A DNA stretch of 64,000 nucleotides. Origin: Paraspadella gotoi (lineage: Eukaryota > Animalia > Chaetognatha). The position numbers and the translations under genes are program-made. Under the pieces are notes generated by a model. The model saw only the letters and a list, made by a program, of their open reading frames with translations, did no database searches and was not told where the DNA came from. Positions within the stretch are counted from its first letter, which is position 1, and the number at the start of each line of letters is the position of its first letter. The stretch spans positions 16,707,181 to 16,771,180 of the forward strand of contig CM119268.1 of assembly GCA_051294375.1 (NCBI GenBank), given 5' to 3'. Positions 31,598-60,271 of this stretch are shown here, piece after piece.

Positions 31598-33015
31598 TCA
31601 GCATCCTGTATAATGCTGTCGCTGGTTAAACGGAGAGTATCTGCTCAAAAATGTTCCATTGGTACAAAATATCCCGTAGATGACGCAGAGAAGAAACATG
31701 CCAACGACCGATCCCCAAAGCGCCTTCAATGACCAAGGGGCCTCCTTCAACGGCTCGTAAACTGTCACCCAGAAGACTTGCTTACGAGTCACAGGACTGG
31801 CGCCGCCGCAATCGAAGACACAGAGGAACTCGCCCATCCACTTCCGGTCGAGACTCATCTCGCCGAGAACGAGGTTCCCGACCGAGTTGACGAGAGGTGG
31901 GATGCCCGAATGGGAGGGGGAGAAAGTCCAGCTAATACGAGTTAGGAAGAGGAAATGGGATGTAAAAAAATGGGAGAATCAGAAAAATAGGTGAATAAAA
32001 AGTGACAGAGTGAGAGAATCTTGATTGAAAGCTACGTTATTTTTACTAATTAGTCTGTCCAAAGTCAGGGGCAAGATAGCTTATATATTAAATGAATGGG
32101 TTAATTTTACTTTCGCTGACCGGGGTTAGGGAGGTTAAGGGTTGTTTAGAGGTAAGGTTTAGGGTTAGGGGTCATTAGGGTTAAAAGGGTTTAAGGTTAG
32201 AGTATTTAAGTATTTTTTTTTTAAATAAATGTTTTTAAAGTTTTTTAAAAGATGCCAAAACCGCAGTCAGCAAAAATAAAATTTAATCAAATGAATTATA
32301 AGTAATAATTTAATTTGCTAACAAGGTTAAAAGGGGGTTAAGGGTAACTTCGGGGTGGTTTAGTGTAAGATGTAATTAAAATAAGTAAAGTAAAGTAAGT
32401 AAAATTTAGCCCGAATAATTTTAATATGGTTGTAAGAATTTGATACAGAATAAAGTATCACAGTTTACGTGGGAAAAGAAAATTTGTTTAGACGGGGCAA
32501 GATAGCTTATTTATTAAATAAATGGATAATTTTTATATTGGTTGTACCAATTTCATAAAAACTAAGCAAACAGTTTATAAACAGTCCTTAAATAAGAATA
32601 AAACAAATGACTAAAAAGGCAAGCATCCTGAATAATTTAGATACAAAAGAAAATGAAGAGAATAACTATTACGAAGATTGATAGTAGCAAACTGAGTTAA
32701 TTAAATTTCGCTCGTCATGTTTATCCCTCGAGTTCTAACATAAAACAGTTAGGATTACCTGCTGGTAAAATTGAACCCTTTTGTCTTCCGCCAGTTTTCT
32801 CCGAATTTAGGATTAAATCCCCACCGTAGGTTTTGTGGACGTTCGTCTCCTTCATCGCCACATTTCAAACTGAGAAAACTGCCCGGGTGACCGAAAACGT
32901 CACGAGCATACCATCGGTCAGCGGGACATCCGCCGGAATCGGCCGTTGTGGCGAGGGTTGAGATGGCAAGGACGATGCGTAATTGTAACGACTTCCGGTT
33001 TGAGCACGACCACAT
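31598..33015 (-). CDS. Small type-I membrane protein with one Ig-like domain; exons ~33015-32759 and ~31932-31598
   Basis: Signal-like N-terminus, LSLKC...LRW...GNLVL...MGEFLC (Ig B-strand Cys, C-strand Trp, F-strand Cys), TM ALWGSVVGMFLLCVIYGIF, short tail; phase-2 GT-AG intron joins the two ORFs. Confidence 0.7.
32101..32286. mobile_element. MITE-like element with ~20-bp terminal inverted repeats and internal degenerate TTAGGG repeats
   Basis: ttaattttactttcgctgac ... gtcagcaaaaataaaatttaa; interior ggttaggg/ttagggttagggg; TTAA at both ends. Confidence 0.6.
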
Positions 33016-33723
33016 GATGTTTTTGTTATTTTCTCCCTTCCAAAGTTTTCGAGGTCTTTTCGTTTTTGATAGATGGGATCAACCCAAAAGGCTCCGTGCT
33101 AATGAGCTGCCGAATCGATCAAAACGAACGACTGTACTCTCAGGCTTTACATTTTTCTTCTCCGTAAGTATATCACGTTTCAATTCGACTTACCCAAGAT
33201 GTAAATAGAGAAAGCGAAAGGCGTGTTCATGATTAGTGCACTTACCTGGAACCTACCTGGCGGCGGGCCAATCGACACGCAACAAATCCCGACCACAAAA
33301 GTATGGATGATCTTTTGTTAAAAATCAAAGTGAAAAGGAAATTGTCATCGAGCGGATAAAAGGCCAAACTCGAGAGAAAGTCAAACATATGGCTTAATTG
33401 AGAGTCATAGTACTTAAAAATGTTTTTCCAAAGAGAAACTTACAGTTGAAGTTGTTAAACATTTAAAATTTAATTATTCCTTTAATAAACGTTTTTAATC
33501 ACTTACAATACCCTGGTACCAATGAAACCGGAAACTTGGCAAGGAGTTAATTTTTATTAAATAATCTCTAATAATCTCTAGTAAGAGACCGGTCGTAAGT
33601 AGCCTTACCAGGTTTACAATATGAATATCTTGTTTTTATTAAGTTTATTCTTTTTCTGAAGATGGCTTCTTTAAAGTCTTTCCGTCCTTTACAGGTTCTC
33701 GAAGTCCCCTTGCTAAGAGGCCA

Positions 33724-35648
33724 ATGGCGTCGCGAAATTCTTCCTCCGAAGAGGGCGGACCTTTCACCTGCGTCATTTGCGGTCAACAGGATCACGACGA
33801 GGCTTCGATGAGGCATCACCTGGATGTCGACCACGCCGCCGTGTGCTGCCCCATTTGCAGCATCGTCACCCTCACGGTCGTTGAGATGGAACGCCACGTA
33901 AATGATCAACACCTGGCCTCAATGTCTCCGACGGTGCGTCAGAAAGTTACCGGCGGCGCTAGGAAATCTCAACAGAGCGAGCCCGAATCTCCAGTAGGCC
34001 GTCCCGAGACGTCGATTGACGAAGTTGAAGTTCGAATGCCGAAAGTCGCCGCCTCCGACCAAGTCAATCAATCATCGGACGTGGAATGCCCTTTCTGTGG
34101 ACTTAGTGGGGTCGATGCCAGTGAGATGGAAAGTCACGTCAATACCGAGCATTTGGATAAACTATCTCCGTCGACGAGCGGGACCTTTGGACACGACTGC
34201 CCTCTATGTGGCCTCTCTTTGGAGACTGTCTCTGCTTTGGAACTGCATACGCACACTGACCATTGTGATGTCCGGAGTCCCGATTCGGAAAAGGCGTCAA
34301 GCTCAAGACAAGTAAACCGTAAATCTGTAATTTTATGAGTAAGTTATAAATTTATAAGAAAAGTAAGTTATAATAACTCTCAAATTATGAAAAAAATAAT
34401 TTCTATAAATAAACTAATGCCTTGGTACTCGTTTTGAAAGGTTGATTCTGTGATTATAAAATACTTTATTATTTCTATTCTGTCAGTGGGGCCGATTTCG
34501 TGATTTGCCCATATCCGAGACGGAGGTGTGCCCCTCATGCGGTATCGGTCCATTCGCCGACAGGGCCGACTTCATTAAACATTTTGACCAACATCATTCT
34601 CTTCATTCCTCGAAATCTTTGGAAGATGACTTAAGGCGATACGGATCTGATCAACGATCCCTTCGTCTGGTCCGTGACAGGAACGACCTTGACGGCGGCC
34701 TTTCGGCCACGCCAGGCATCATGCCAGTTCTTCGCGCCTTCTCAGTTGCCACGGCCTCGGGCCGCCGAATGTGGATTTGCGACGACTGTGTCCATTTCGC
34801 CTCGACTCCCGCGGACAGGGGCTGGGGCTGCGGTTATCGCAACTTGCAAATGTTGTTGTCCTCCATGTCGGTCGATCCGACTTTGCCTTCCGAATTGTTT
34901 GAGATCGAGAAGGAGGCTCTATCGTTCTCATCACCATCTTCATCTTCCGCGGGGAGCCAGGTCCTCGTACCCTCGATACTTCGACTCCAAGTAAGTAAGG
35001 ATCGGGTGAGGTGGTTACGCCGATCCCGGCTATTTATAAACATTTTATATAATTTCATCGTCTGGCAGGAGTTGATCGAGACGGCGTGGGAAAATGGCTT
35101 CGACGAGACGGGCGCCTGTCAGTTAGGACGATCTCTGCGAGGTACTCGGAAGTGGATTGGCGCCACGGAAATCGTCGCTCTTCTCTCTTTTCTCGGCGTC
35201 TCTACTCTCTTGGTGGACTTTTACAGACCCACCGGACCAAACGACACGCACCCACGCCTCTTGGAGTGGGTGAAAGGGTATTTTGAAGGGGCGGTCCGAC
35301 GACATCCTCTTTTTCTTCAGGTGAGACGATGGCATAAAATAATAATTTGTCGATTTTATTGCATTAATATTTTTTGCATTTCAGCACCAAGGTCATTCTC
35401 GCACCATAGTCGGCCTTGAAGAGGACGGCGAGGGGAGTCACGACTTGCTGATCTTCGATCCAAGTAGTGGATTAGCGCAGATAAAGCTGCTGCAAATATT
35501 GGACAATTTGCCGCAAAAGCTCGGCATGCTGCGTCGCACTACATCATCGTTGCGTTTTCGTCAATATCAGCTGGTGGCCGTGAAAGGCGCTTTGACTCAG
35601 GAGGAGAGGGAAATAGCTAAAGACATTCGATCTGTGAGAATTCCATGA
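33724..35648 (+). CDS. ZUP1: Zinc finger-containing ubiquitin peptidase 1 (ZUFSP); exons ~33724-34311, 34487-34990, 35069-35320, 35384-35648
   Basis: Several C2H2/UBZ-type fingers, then peptidase C78 motifs DRGWGCGYRNLQM, WIGATE, LQHQGHSRTIVG, LLIFDP. Confidence 0.92.
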
Positions 35649-37231
35649 CATTTTGTTATTTTTATTATTTATTTTATTATTTTGTACTGTTATTAAATTT
35701 TTTGACTAAAAATGTTTTTAAAATTTTAATCAGGAAGTAAACTTATGAAACTTCCTGCTTTGAATTTCATCTGCTGAGACAATATTTCGAATAAACTATA
35801 CAGATTATTTTCTTTTATACTACTTAATACAATTTTATTTTAATTTTTACTTTTTTTGCAAGTAGCTTTCTGTGAGACAGACTTTAATCGTAAAAGTGTT
35901 TTATATTTGGCAATTTAATTAAAATTCAATTTCCGAATAAAAACTTTTATGTAATAACTGCAAATAATATCACGTAGAACTATGAATAAAGACAACATAA
36001 GTTGACAATTGCATAGTAACATTTAAGATGTAAAAGCATAAAAGCAATCGCTTAAATCACAATGACAAATATTTTTTTTGTTAGTGATAAATTTTTTTGA
36101 TAAAAAAATTCATCAATGTACCCAATCACTATGCGACTATACGACAGTAAAATGTTTTGAGTCCGTATGCTTCAAAGTTTCCAAATGTATGCAAAAAAAT
36201 TAACAATTTTATTCCAACTTAAGATGGGATAGGGAAGTCCCGATTTTAATATGAACACTGGGATTTTGTCCTGATTCTTTTTTTTCAGGAATTTTAATAT
36301 CAATGGTCATTTTTCTTTTTATGCAATATAAATTAAGACATTGCTCGTGTAGACTACGTCTAAAAAGTATGATAGTTTCAAGCCAAGTTTTAAAATCGGA
36401 ATAAAGGGATTGCAATCGTTTTGTGATAATGGCCTTATTATGACTAATCTACAAAATGTGTTGCAAGAAAAATACAAACGACATGTTGAGCAAGTAATAA
36501 ATTTAAGGCTTATCACGGGGATTTATAATTTGATACTGCAAAAAGTTCGGTTGATATTTTATTTATTAAATTTATATCCGTCGCGATACGAGTATACAAA
36601 CTTCAAATTTAAAAGTTGTTTACCGTCCGTTTTAAAGTTTTTAAAAGCAGTTATTTACAAAATTAACCTTTTAATTTAAAAAAAAAAAAATTAATATTCA
36701 ATATTACGATATCAAGGCATCGTTGTTATTCTTATGTTTCTTAAAGCTTACTAATTGGCAGCTTTTAACCAATTACAGATTTCACCCTCATTTCATGAGC
36801 CTCAGAATTATAAAAAAATATTATCGGGAACCATAAATGTATAAAATGACTGGCTTTGCTTAAAAGTGCAGGTTTTCATTTCAAATAGGATAAATAATAT
36901 TACCAATGTTTGACTGGGAATCAACTTATTTAGTACGGTTTAGTCAACCGTGGGTTATCCAAATGGAAAACTGCACGCCTTTTGCAATCCATTCGACAAA
37001 ACTGTCGAAAATGCGATATTTTTTAAAAAAATTTTAAATTTTCAAATACGTATTTTCTTCTGCTTTATGCAAGATACAATAAATAGTACATTTTTTCAAG
37101 CTCGGCGTGTATCGACTAAGCATTACGAACCAATCTATGGCGAGAAGACTTTGAAAATATTTTCATATATTTAATAAATCGCGGTAAAAAAAATAGTTAA
37201 CACACAAAAGAGCCTTTCATGTTAGTTATCG

Positions 37232-52577
<15,346 letters not shown>

Positions 52578-53426
52578 CTTGCGCGGCGAAGACGGCGATG
52601 ACGACGACGACGACGACGACGACGATGAGGACGACGACGCAGGGGAAGAGAGCGACGAGGATTGGGGAGGCGAGGGGCAGACGGGAGGCGGAGAAGGAGT
52701 GGACGAGGAGGTCGCTCGGCGGGGGAAAGGAGGCGAAGGGGGGGCGCCACTGGAGGGAGAGGGAGAGAGAGAAAGAGAGGAGAGAGATTAGGAAAAGATT
52801 GAACAACAACAGGGTAAAATCTAGGAATAGGAAAAAAGAGAGGAAAGAGATTAAAAAAGAATCGTGGTTTTTGAAAATATTGTAATTACTCCTAATGCGA
52901 ATTTAACTATTAAAACACAAATTGTACCAATCGGTTTAATGAATTTGTTTGAATTGTTAAAAATATAAAACAGACTGACCCAATTATAGCTCTGAGAAGG
53001 TTACCTAAAACGTTTTTGTAAAAACTTGCTAATTTCTGATTTTTATTTCCAGATGAAAGGACGAGAAACTGGAGAAAAAATTCGCGCCATTTTATTAAGC
53101 GATAAATATTTGATAAAACTTCCTCGAGATTCTCTGGAATCCCGATTTCACTTGGGGTCTACAAGAGATGAGTTCGGGTTTTACGGTTCGATCCACCGAT
53201 CGCTCGCCCGCACTGTCGCCTGGTGGCCGCCCGCCCGGTTGCCTGGCTGCCCGTCTGGCTGGCTGCCCGCTCGACTCGTCGTCCGAATGACGACCGCTTA
53301 CCGCCCTCTCGTGGCTCCTTTCCTCCTGTCAATAAATTACTTTTGCAAGACTTGCGACTCTTTCCTTTTTTCTTCTTCTTCCCTTCGTCCGACTTTTATT
53401 TTTTTTCCCTCACTCTGTCTCGAGCC

Positions 53427-53457
<31 letters not shown>

Positions 53458-53511
53458 ATGTTTTTTTTTTCTTTCTTTCTTTCTTTCTTTCTTTCTTTAT
53501 GCTTTCTTTTT

Positions 53512-53551
<40 letters not shown>

Positions 53552-55056
53552 TCATTCTTTTAGTTTTTCCTGGCCATCGATTTTTAATTTTGTCAGAACG
53601 TTTTACTCATTTTTACCCTATTTTTTTGACACGCTAAACGTTTCTGATTACGCGAAGTAGATTGTGTGAATCAAAAAACTAGTAATATCAATAGTTAGTG
53701 TTATGTCTCGAATAGACGGAAAAAAATCCTCGTTAAAAATTCATTCGGGAAGTGAGGTAACGAAGCCTTACCAGTGGCATTGTCACCGTCGAACATCTCG
53801 AAAATAATTATTTTTTATTTAATATGTTTGAAAGGGAAAATACAAAAATTCAGAATGCGGGTTCCGCTTGTATGCACATCAAGTAAAAAATGTTTTTAAA
53901 AGTTTTGGCACTTCCATGTCTTGGGGCTAGGGGGCAAAAGGGCGAATTAAAAAATTTTACCTTTTAATCAGTAAACAATGACATTCAAGATGAGTAGATT
54001 TTAATTTTTTTTTTTCTTCACTGAAATTTTTATTTAAAAAGAAATAAAAGAAAGCTAAAAATAAATTATCTTTTTTCTATTTAAAAAAAAATTATCAATA
54101 CAATTTAACACAATGATGTCTTGCTTAGTCAAATATGTCCCCAGCTATGTAATTTTTTAAAATTTTTATTATGATAAACAAGCAGTGTGTCAAGCTTTTT
54201 TGTTGCAGTTGAAAGATAATGAAAAATGACGATTTTTCTCCACAGACAAGAAGGTAGACGTCCAACTGTTTATATTAAGCTGAAAACATTTTTGTATTTA
54301 TCATTTTTTAAATATTCAAAAAAACACTTTTATCAAGCTACTACATTAAATTTTTGCTTGTTTTTTACTTTAAACTGAAAATGCAAGCAATTTTATGCAG
54401 TAGAGAAAATTTAATGGTAATCAAAATGTAATTTAGTCCTTCCTTTTTCAATTTAAAGATTTAGGCATTTCCCAGGAGGGAATCACTACCAGCGGTCCCG
54501 AAATGTCACACTCCACTAGTCATTATCTTCAGCCCATGGACAAGCCAATGAACCCGAGACCTATCGCAAACGTTCCCACCTTGCCAACCTCGGGGGCGGA
54601 GGCCAGCTCATTTAAGACTCTTCTCTCAACATATTTAATTTTCACTAACTCATTACTACCTATCCCTATTACACTTTATATTTCTTCTATTTCAATTTCA
54701 ACTTCTTTAACTCATTAATTATTTTATCAATGTTACTATCAGGTTTAACTATTAAGTTTGGTTATTTTATTTCTCTCGTATCATTTGTTTACATTACAAA
54801 AAAATCGTACGAAGATTTATTCTCTTACCCTGTGTCGTCTCTTTCTTCGTCCGTCTCCCTCTCTCCTCCTCTCTGTATTTCAAAATTTCATCCAAACTTC
54901 TTGTTCCCCTGATCTTACTTTACTTCACCTGTCCTCATTATCTGACCACTGTCCTTTGGCTCAATTCTTTTTGTTTGGAAACTCCCTTTTTTTTCTGTCT
55001 CCTCTCCTCTCGTCTCTACTCTCTCTCCTAAACTAATGTTAAAAGGTAAAATATTG

Positions 55057-55116
55057 ATGTGTCATAACTGATGAAGACTCTAAAACTCAGAGTCGAAACA
55101 TGGTCTTTATCAACAT
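55057..55116 (+). ncRNA. Minimal type-I hammerhead ribozyme motif
   Basis: CTGATGA-A-GACTC-taaaactca-GAGTC-GAAA-CATG-GTC: intact core and 5-bp stem II; stem I imperfect. Confidence 0.65.
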
Positions 55117-57790
55117 ATACAATTCGTTGACTAGAAAACAAATAAAATTGCTTTTTTCTCTCCCCTAAATTCAAAACGCACAACTAAATTGATAGTTTGA
55201 TACACAATTTAAGAAAGAAAAACAACAAATTTCATATAGCTTCAATGAAATTTTAATGCAAAAAAACTGTTATACTTTTAACTCCGATTTAAATAAAGGC
55301 TGTGTAAAGATTTATGGATAAAATTTAATAAAACTTTTTTAGAAAGGTGTCCCATGATTAGGGCTTAAGTTTAATACCTCGCCCACGTTCCTATCTCTTT
55401 TCTTTCAAAAGTTATTCAAGAAAATAACTTTTTTTACCGTTAGAGAACTAAAGATTTGAACTACACAGTACAAATCTTTGTTAAAATAAAAATTTCGGCA
55501 GAGCAGGAGTATCTCAATTTATCCTATTGGTACAATACCTAAATTTCAAAATAAAACCTAAAAGAAAAATTTTCTGCCCTCTTGAGACTTATGACTATCA
55601 GTGTACCCAATTGTCTTACTCATTTATGGATTATGATGGAAGAAATCAGTGAAACGTTTCCTCTTTTTTTTAAATAGTTTGTACTAGCTCGTCAGAAATC
55701 TAAGAAGAAACTCGAAAATTTTATTCTGACAAATTTTGCCTTTCAAGGCTGACGTTTATGACTATATCTCTGAAATCATTGTAGGAATTTAAAAACGGTT
55801 TTTTGCAAGTGAATATTGATATCATCCTCCAGGGACCGGCATAAAAATATATAAAAAATATATATGATATTAGCTCTCGGGTGAGGTATCTAATTCTGTT
55901 TACTTTTTTTGTTTTTCTTTTCCTCTCTTTTTATCTTTTTTCCATAACCCGACTTTCCCCCTTTACTTTTAAAGTTGTCGAAGATGCTAGACTCAAACTC
56001 AAAGTGTCCAAAAACGTGAAAGCAGATAGCAAACGACGATAACGTCCAAGACAACGTCGACGACGACGACGACGACAACAACAACAACAAAAAAACGGAA
56101 ACAAACTGCCGACGCGAAACGAACGAACGAACGTCTTGAAACGAACGATGATTAGGAAGAGACCGGTTTGACTTTTTTTCTTCTTACCATTTAAGTTAGT
56201 AGATACGTAAAACTGGAAAAAAAGAACGACGTTTAAAATCTAAGGAATCTTTTGCAATCAGAGCAGGTAAATCGACAGTTGAGCGTTGAAAAAATCGGAA
56301 ACCCTGGTGATTCGTTTCCGCGAAGCAAATAGGGAAGAAACAAGCCCGTGAAAATTTCAAAATATTGTTGTTTCGATGTCGTGTTAAAAGAAAAGAAAAG
56401 AAAAGAAAAGAAGAGAAGAGAATGTTGGGTAGGAAATTGATCGAAGAGAAGAAAAGAAAGAAAAAGACTCGCGATGGCGTTGGATCGTCAGACGAAAATG
56501 GGAAAACGACGATTTTCCTCTTTGTCGTCGTCTTTATATATAGAAGTTGTCCTTTTTACCTCTGACGTTTTCATTGTCGCTGTCGTCTTCTCTTTGTTGC
56601 CAACATTTTTGTCGTCTTTGACCTCAAGGCTGTTTTTGTCGTCGTCGTCGTCGTCGTCGTCATCACCAATTTCCATCTCCGAATTCATCCGATTTCTCTC
56701 TGAAGATCGAAACCCGAAATGGACTTTTCTTTTCATTCTCTTCTTTTTTCTTTCTTTATCTCATTTTCTAAAAAAAAAAATAGAGGACGACGACGACGAC
56801 GAGGACGACGACGAGGACGACGACGAATTCTCCGCCGATGCTTCCACGATTTCTGAGAAAAGAGAATCGGAGACGCGAAGAAAACGATGTTTGAACGACA
56901 ACAACAACGACAAAACACAGATGCAGCAAGGATGACAATAACAAAGAAATATGAAAGGCGTTGATGGTATTGCCGTCGTACGGCAGAAACGGAGGGGAAA
57001 GGGCGTTGAGGAAAAAAAAGAGCATCCTAAAAAATGACAACGGAAAGATTTGAGAATGACGACGACGACGACAGCGCGAAGGAAAAAGATACGTCGTTGC
57101 AAGGAAGAAACTTTTCTACATTTTTTAAGAAACGAGAGAAAAAAATAAAGGAAATAGAGACGAAAAAAAGAAAAGAAATTTAAGTAAAAAACAAATACAA
57201 ATAATAGCTATGTAATAAAAAAGAAATAAAGGCGGATAAGAAAAAGATGAGACCGATGATGAGGGTCAGGGAGACGAAAAAGTAGACGAGAAAGTCTTGA
57301 TGACGTGAGAGCGAGGATACTCAATCGAGGGAGTGAGATGAGAGAGCACGAAGGACGGTGGTATTTGGCAGATGTCAAATGGCAGATGATGATGTACGTT
57401 TAAAAGAGAACAGAGGTGGACAAAGATGACGATGACTTAAGATGACGGATGATGACTATTGACAACGATTAGACAACGTCAACGACAATGATTGAGAACA
57501 ATAATTTATAAGTAACGTAACATTGTCGACCGTGAAACCGACCGACCGACCGACAACGAAACCGAGTCTTCGAAACGCGGCGGTCTCACCTTTTGGATTC
57601 CGATTGTTTTTCTCTTCTCGGTTGGCATCGAAATCGGCGCTGATTAAATTCCTCGCGCAGAGCGTCGCGGCGTCGCGTGGGGGCGGACGTGGTGTCGGAA
57701 GAGGGCGCCGGCGGCGGCGGCGTTGTTGGCGGCGGAGTGAGGAGGGCGGCCGATGTGGAGTGTAGAGGCTGTGATGGCGCGACTAGGGGG

Positions 57791-57900
<110 letters not shown>

Positions 57901-60162
57901 AGAAATATGTATTAAAAAAAATAACTAAAAAATCGTGACGGTTTCTAATTGGAATCTTAGCCAATACATAATAAAAGAATTTTTTTTTTCTTCGAGTTTT
58001 GACAATGAGAGAAAATAATTGTTTTAATCGAATTCTTTCGTAAAAAACACCAGAGTAATTGGAATCGTATGGAAATAACAACGTAGCCTTTTCAAAACGC
58101 ATCATCATGTAATTAACAAAAATTCAGTTTATATTTTTTTAAAATTTTAATTGGACAAAGACTTGTCTTCGTTAATGATTGCTTAATTTATGAATACACA
58201 AACTAAAACAATCGATAATGTGCAGTGCTTTCTACCTAACGCTGAACTCAAAGAGAGTTGTTAAAGTAGTACTTTTAATTATAAATTTAAATTCACGCGC
58301 ACGTGATGAATGGTTAGTTTAAACAGAAAACAGAAAACAGCAAACAGCAAACAGAAAAGGTCTAAACGAGGGCAATTCAATTGAATCGTGACTAGCCGCT
58401 TTCAAAAAGCACGAATTTGTGATGATAAATTTACCGAATATTAATTTTTTTTTCAAAATAGAATTTCCTTTTTTTCCCCAAAATTTTAAGAGGAAATCGT
58501 CCTTCCAAAATTTTGGCTCCCGACGACATTTTTTTTTTTATATTTATTTCTTCATTTTTTAAAACCGCGAATATAAAAGGTGAAAATAAAGGTTAGTGCG
58601 TATAAGACCGGAAAAAATATTAGACGAAAATATGTCGCAGAAAAATTTAATTTAAATCTGAGATCTTTTGTTTTTTTCTTCGGCGCCGGTGTCGGTTGGT
58701 ATTGCGGAAATGTGCATTCAAATTTATGATAGATAAAATTAGATACGGTGTATATAAATGAGTCAAGAGCAATGTGTTTAAATTAGAAAACTCCGATGCT
58801 AAAAAAAGCTTGGTAAACGTTAATGACATTAGTATAAGATAAATTTCTATAAATATTATAAGTTTTGGTCACGGCCTTTTATCACAAGTTGTGTCTATTT
58901 CAATAAAAATCTCGTCAAAAGTTGTTTTCCTTCAAATTTGCTAAAAGAGAAATTGTTTTTAACAGTTGCTTTTAAAGTATACAGGTTTTTTAGACCAAAT
59001 CGAATCATATTAGAAACACTGAGTGGGAAAGAAAATCAAAGACAGAAAAATAGAACGAGCTTTTTTGACAGTTCTCTCGGTATTCTTTATGAAAGTAATA
59101 AATTACGACACCCGTTCGATTAAGCAAGCTAAAAAAAAATAAATTGTCACATTATTCTTGCGATTCGTAATTAACTTTTATCAATAATTATGTATTTTTA
59201 ATTGCAAATACTTAGGCTATCATAAATTATCACAATCAGGATATACAATTAGCCTAAACAGCATTTTGATAGTTTTGTAATTTTATAACAACCGGACTGG
59301 AGAGAGTGTGGCTCTTTACTAACAGACTCATGAAAAAAAATAAATTAAAAAAATGAAACAACATATACAAACAGACAAACAAAAAAACTATTCTTTAAAA
59401 AAATCTTCTCTTCAGGATACCGCGAAAGAGAAATAAAACCGATTGGCTAAAAGTCAAAAACTGTCTAAGCCGATTGGCGGCGTCTTTAGGTCCTTTGCCG
59501 CTTTGTCGGACGCGGCGTCTACCGGCGCGAAATTCGTGGCGTGGCTTTATTCCTCTAAAGCATGCGGCTTTGCGTGAGATGGAGTTAGATTAAATGGAAT
59601 ACTATGCCTAAGGCAATCTTTGCTCCATTAAAGGCGTAGCGGGGTTCCGCTAAACTCGAAATGAATTGTAGTCCTCGGGATGCTTCATTGATGCAACAAC
59701 ATCGTGTAGTACGAGACACTAGAAACACCGCGTAACACTAGACAGGATTTTCTGTAACATTCCAGCCTCGAAACGATGAAAGAGCATTGTGACGCATGAC
59801 GAGATGGAATGGCGAAGACATGGCGAAGACAGGGCGCCGCACCTCCCGCCAGGACTCGAAGTAAAAAAAAAAAGGCTAAACGCCGATTAAATGAAGGATC
59901 GTTTAAAGAATCGAACGCGACGGAGATTTTGTGTTCGCCTTCGTTTTGAAAAAATAAAAATACAAACAAAACAAAACAAAAAAAGGAAGAACTTTTTTTC
60001 GAATTTAAACAAAATAGCAAAGATGGTGGCGCAAGGAGGAGGAGAAGGAAACGAGAGAACAAAGGAAAAAAAAACTGAGGGGAAAAAAAATTGAAAGCGA
60101 AATGCGACTAAATAAAACTCGGGAATCGTCTTGGAAAAAAAATATATAAAAAAGAATAGCGA

Positions 60163-60271
<109 letters not shown>

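Noticed and set aside
33238-33300. ACTTACCTGG resembling the U1 snRNA 5' end
   Set aside because: The following sequence has no U1 stem-loops or Sm site; it is better read as a minus-strand CAG|GTAAGT donor
55645-55700. Minus-strand CTGACGA...GAAACG as a third hammerhead
   Set aside because: Neither stem II nor stem I can pair convincingly
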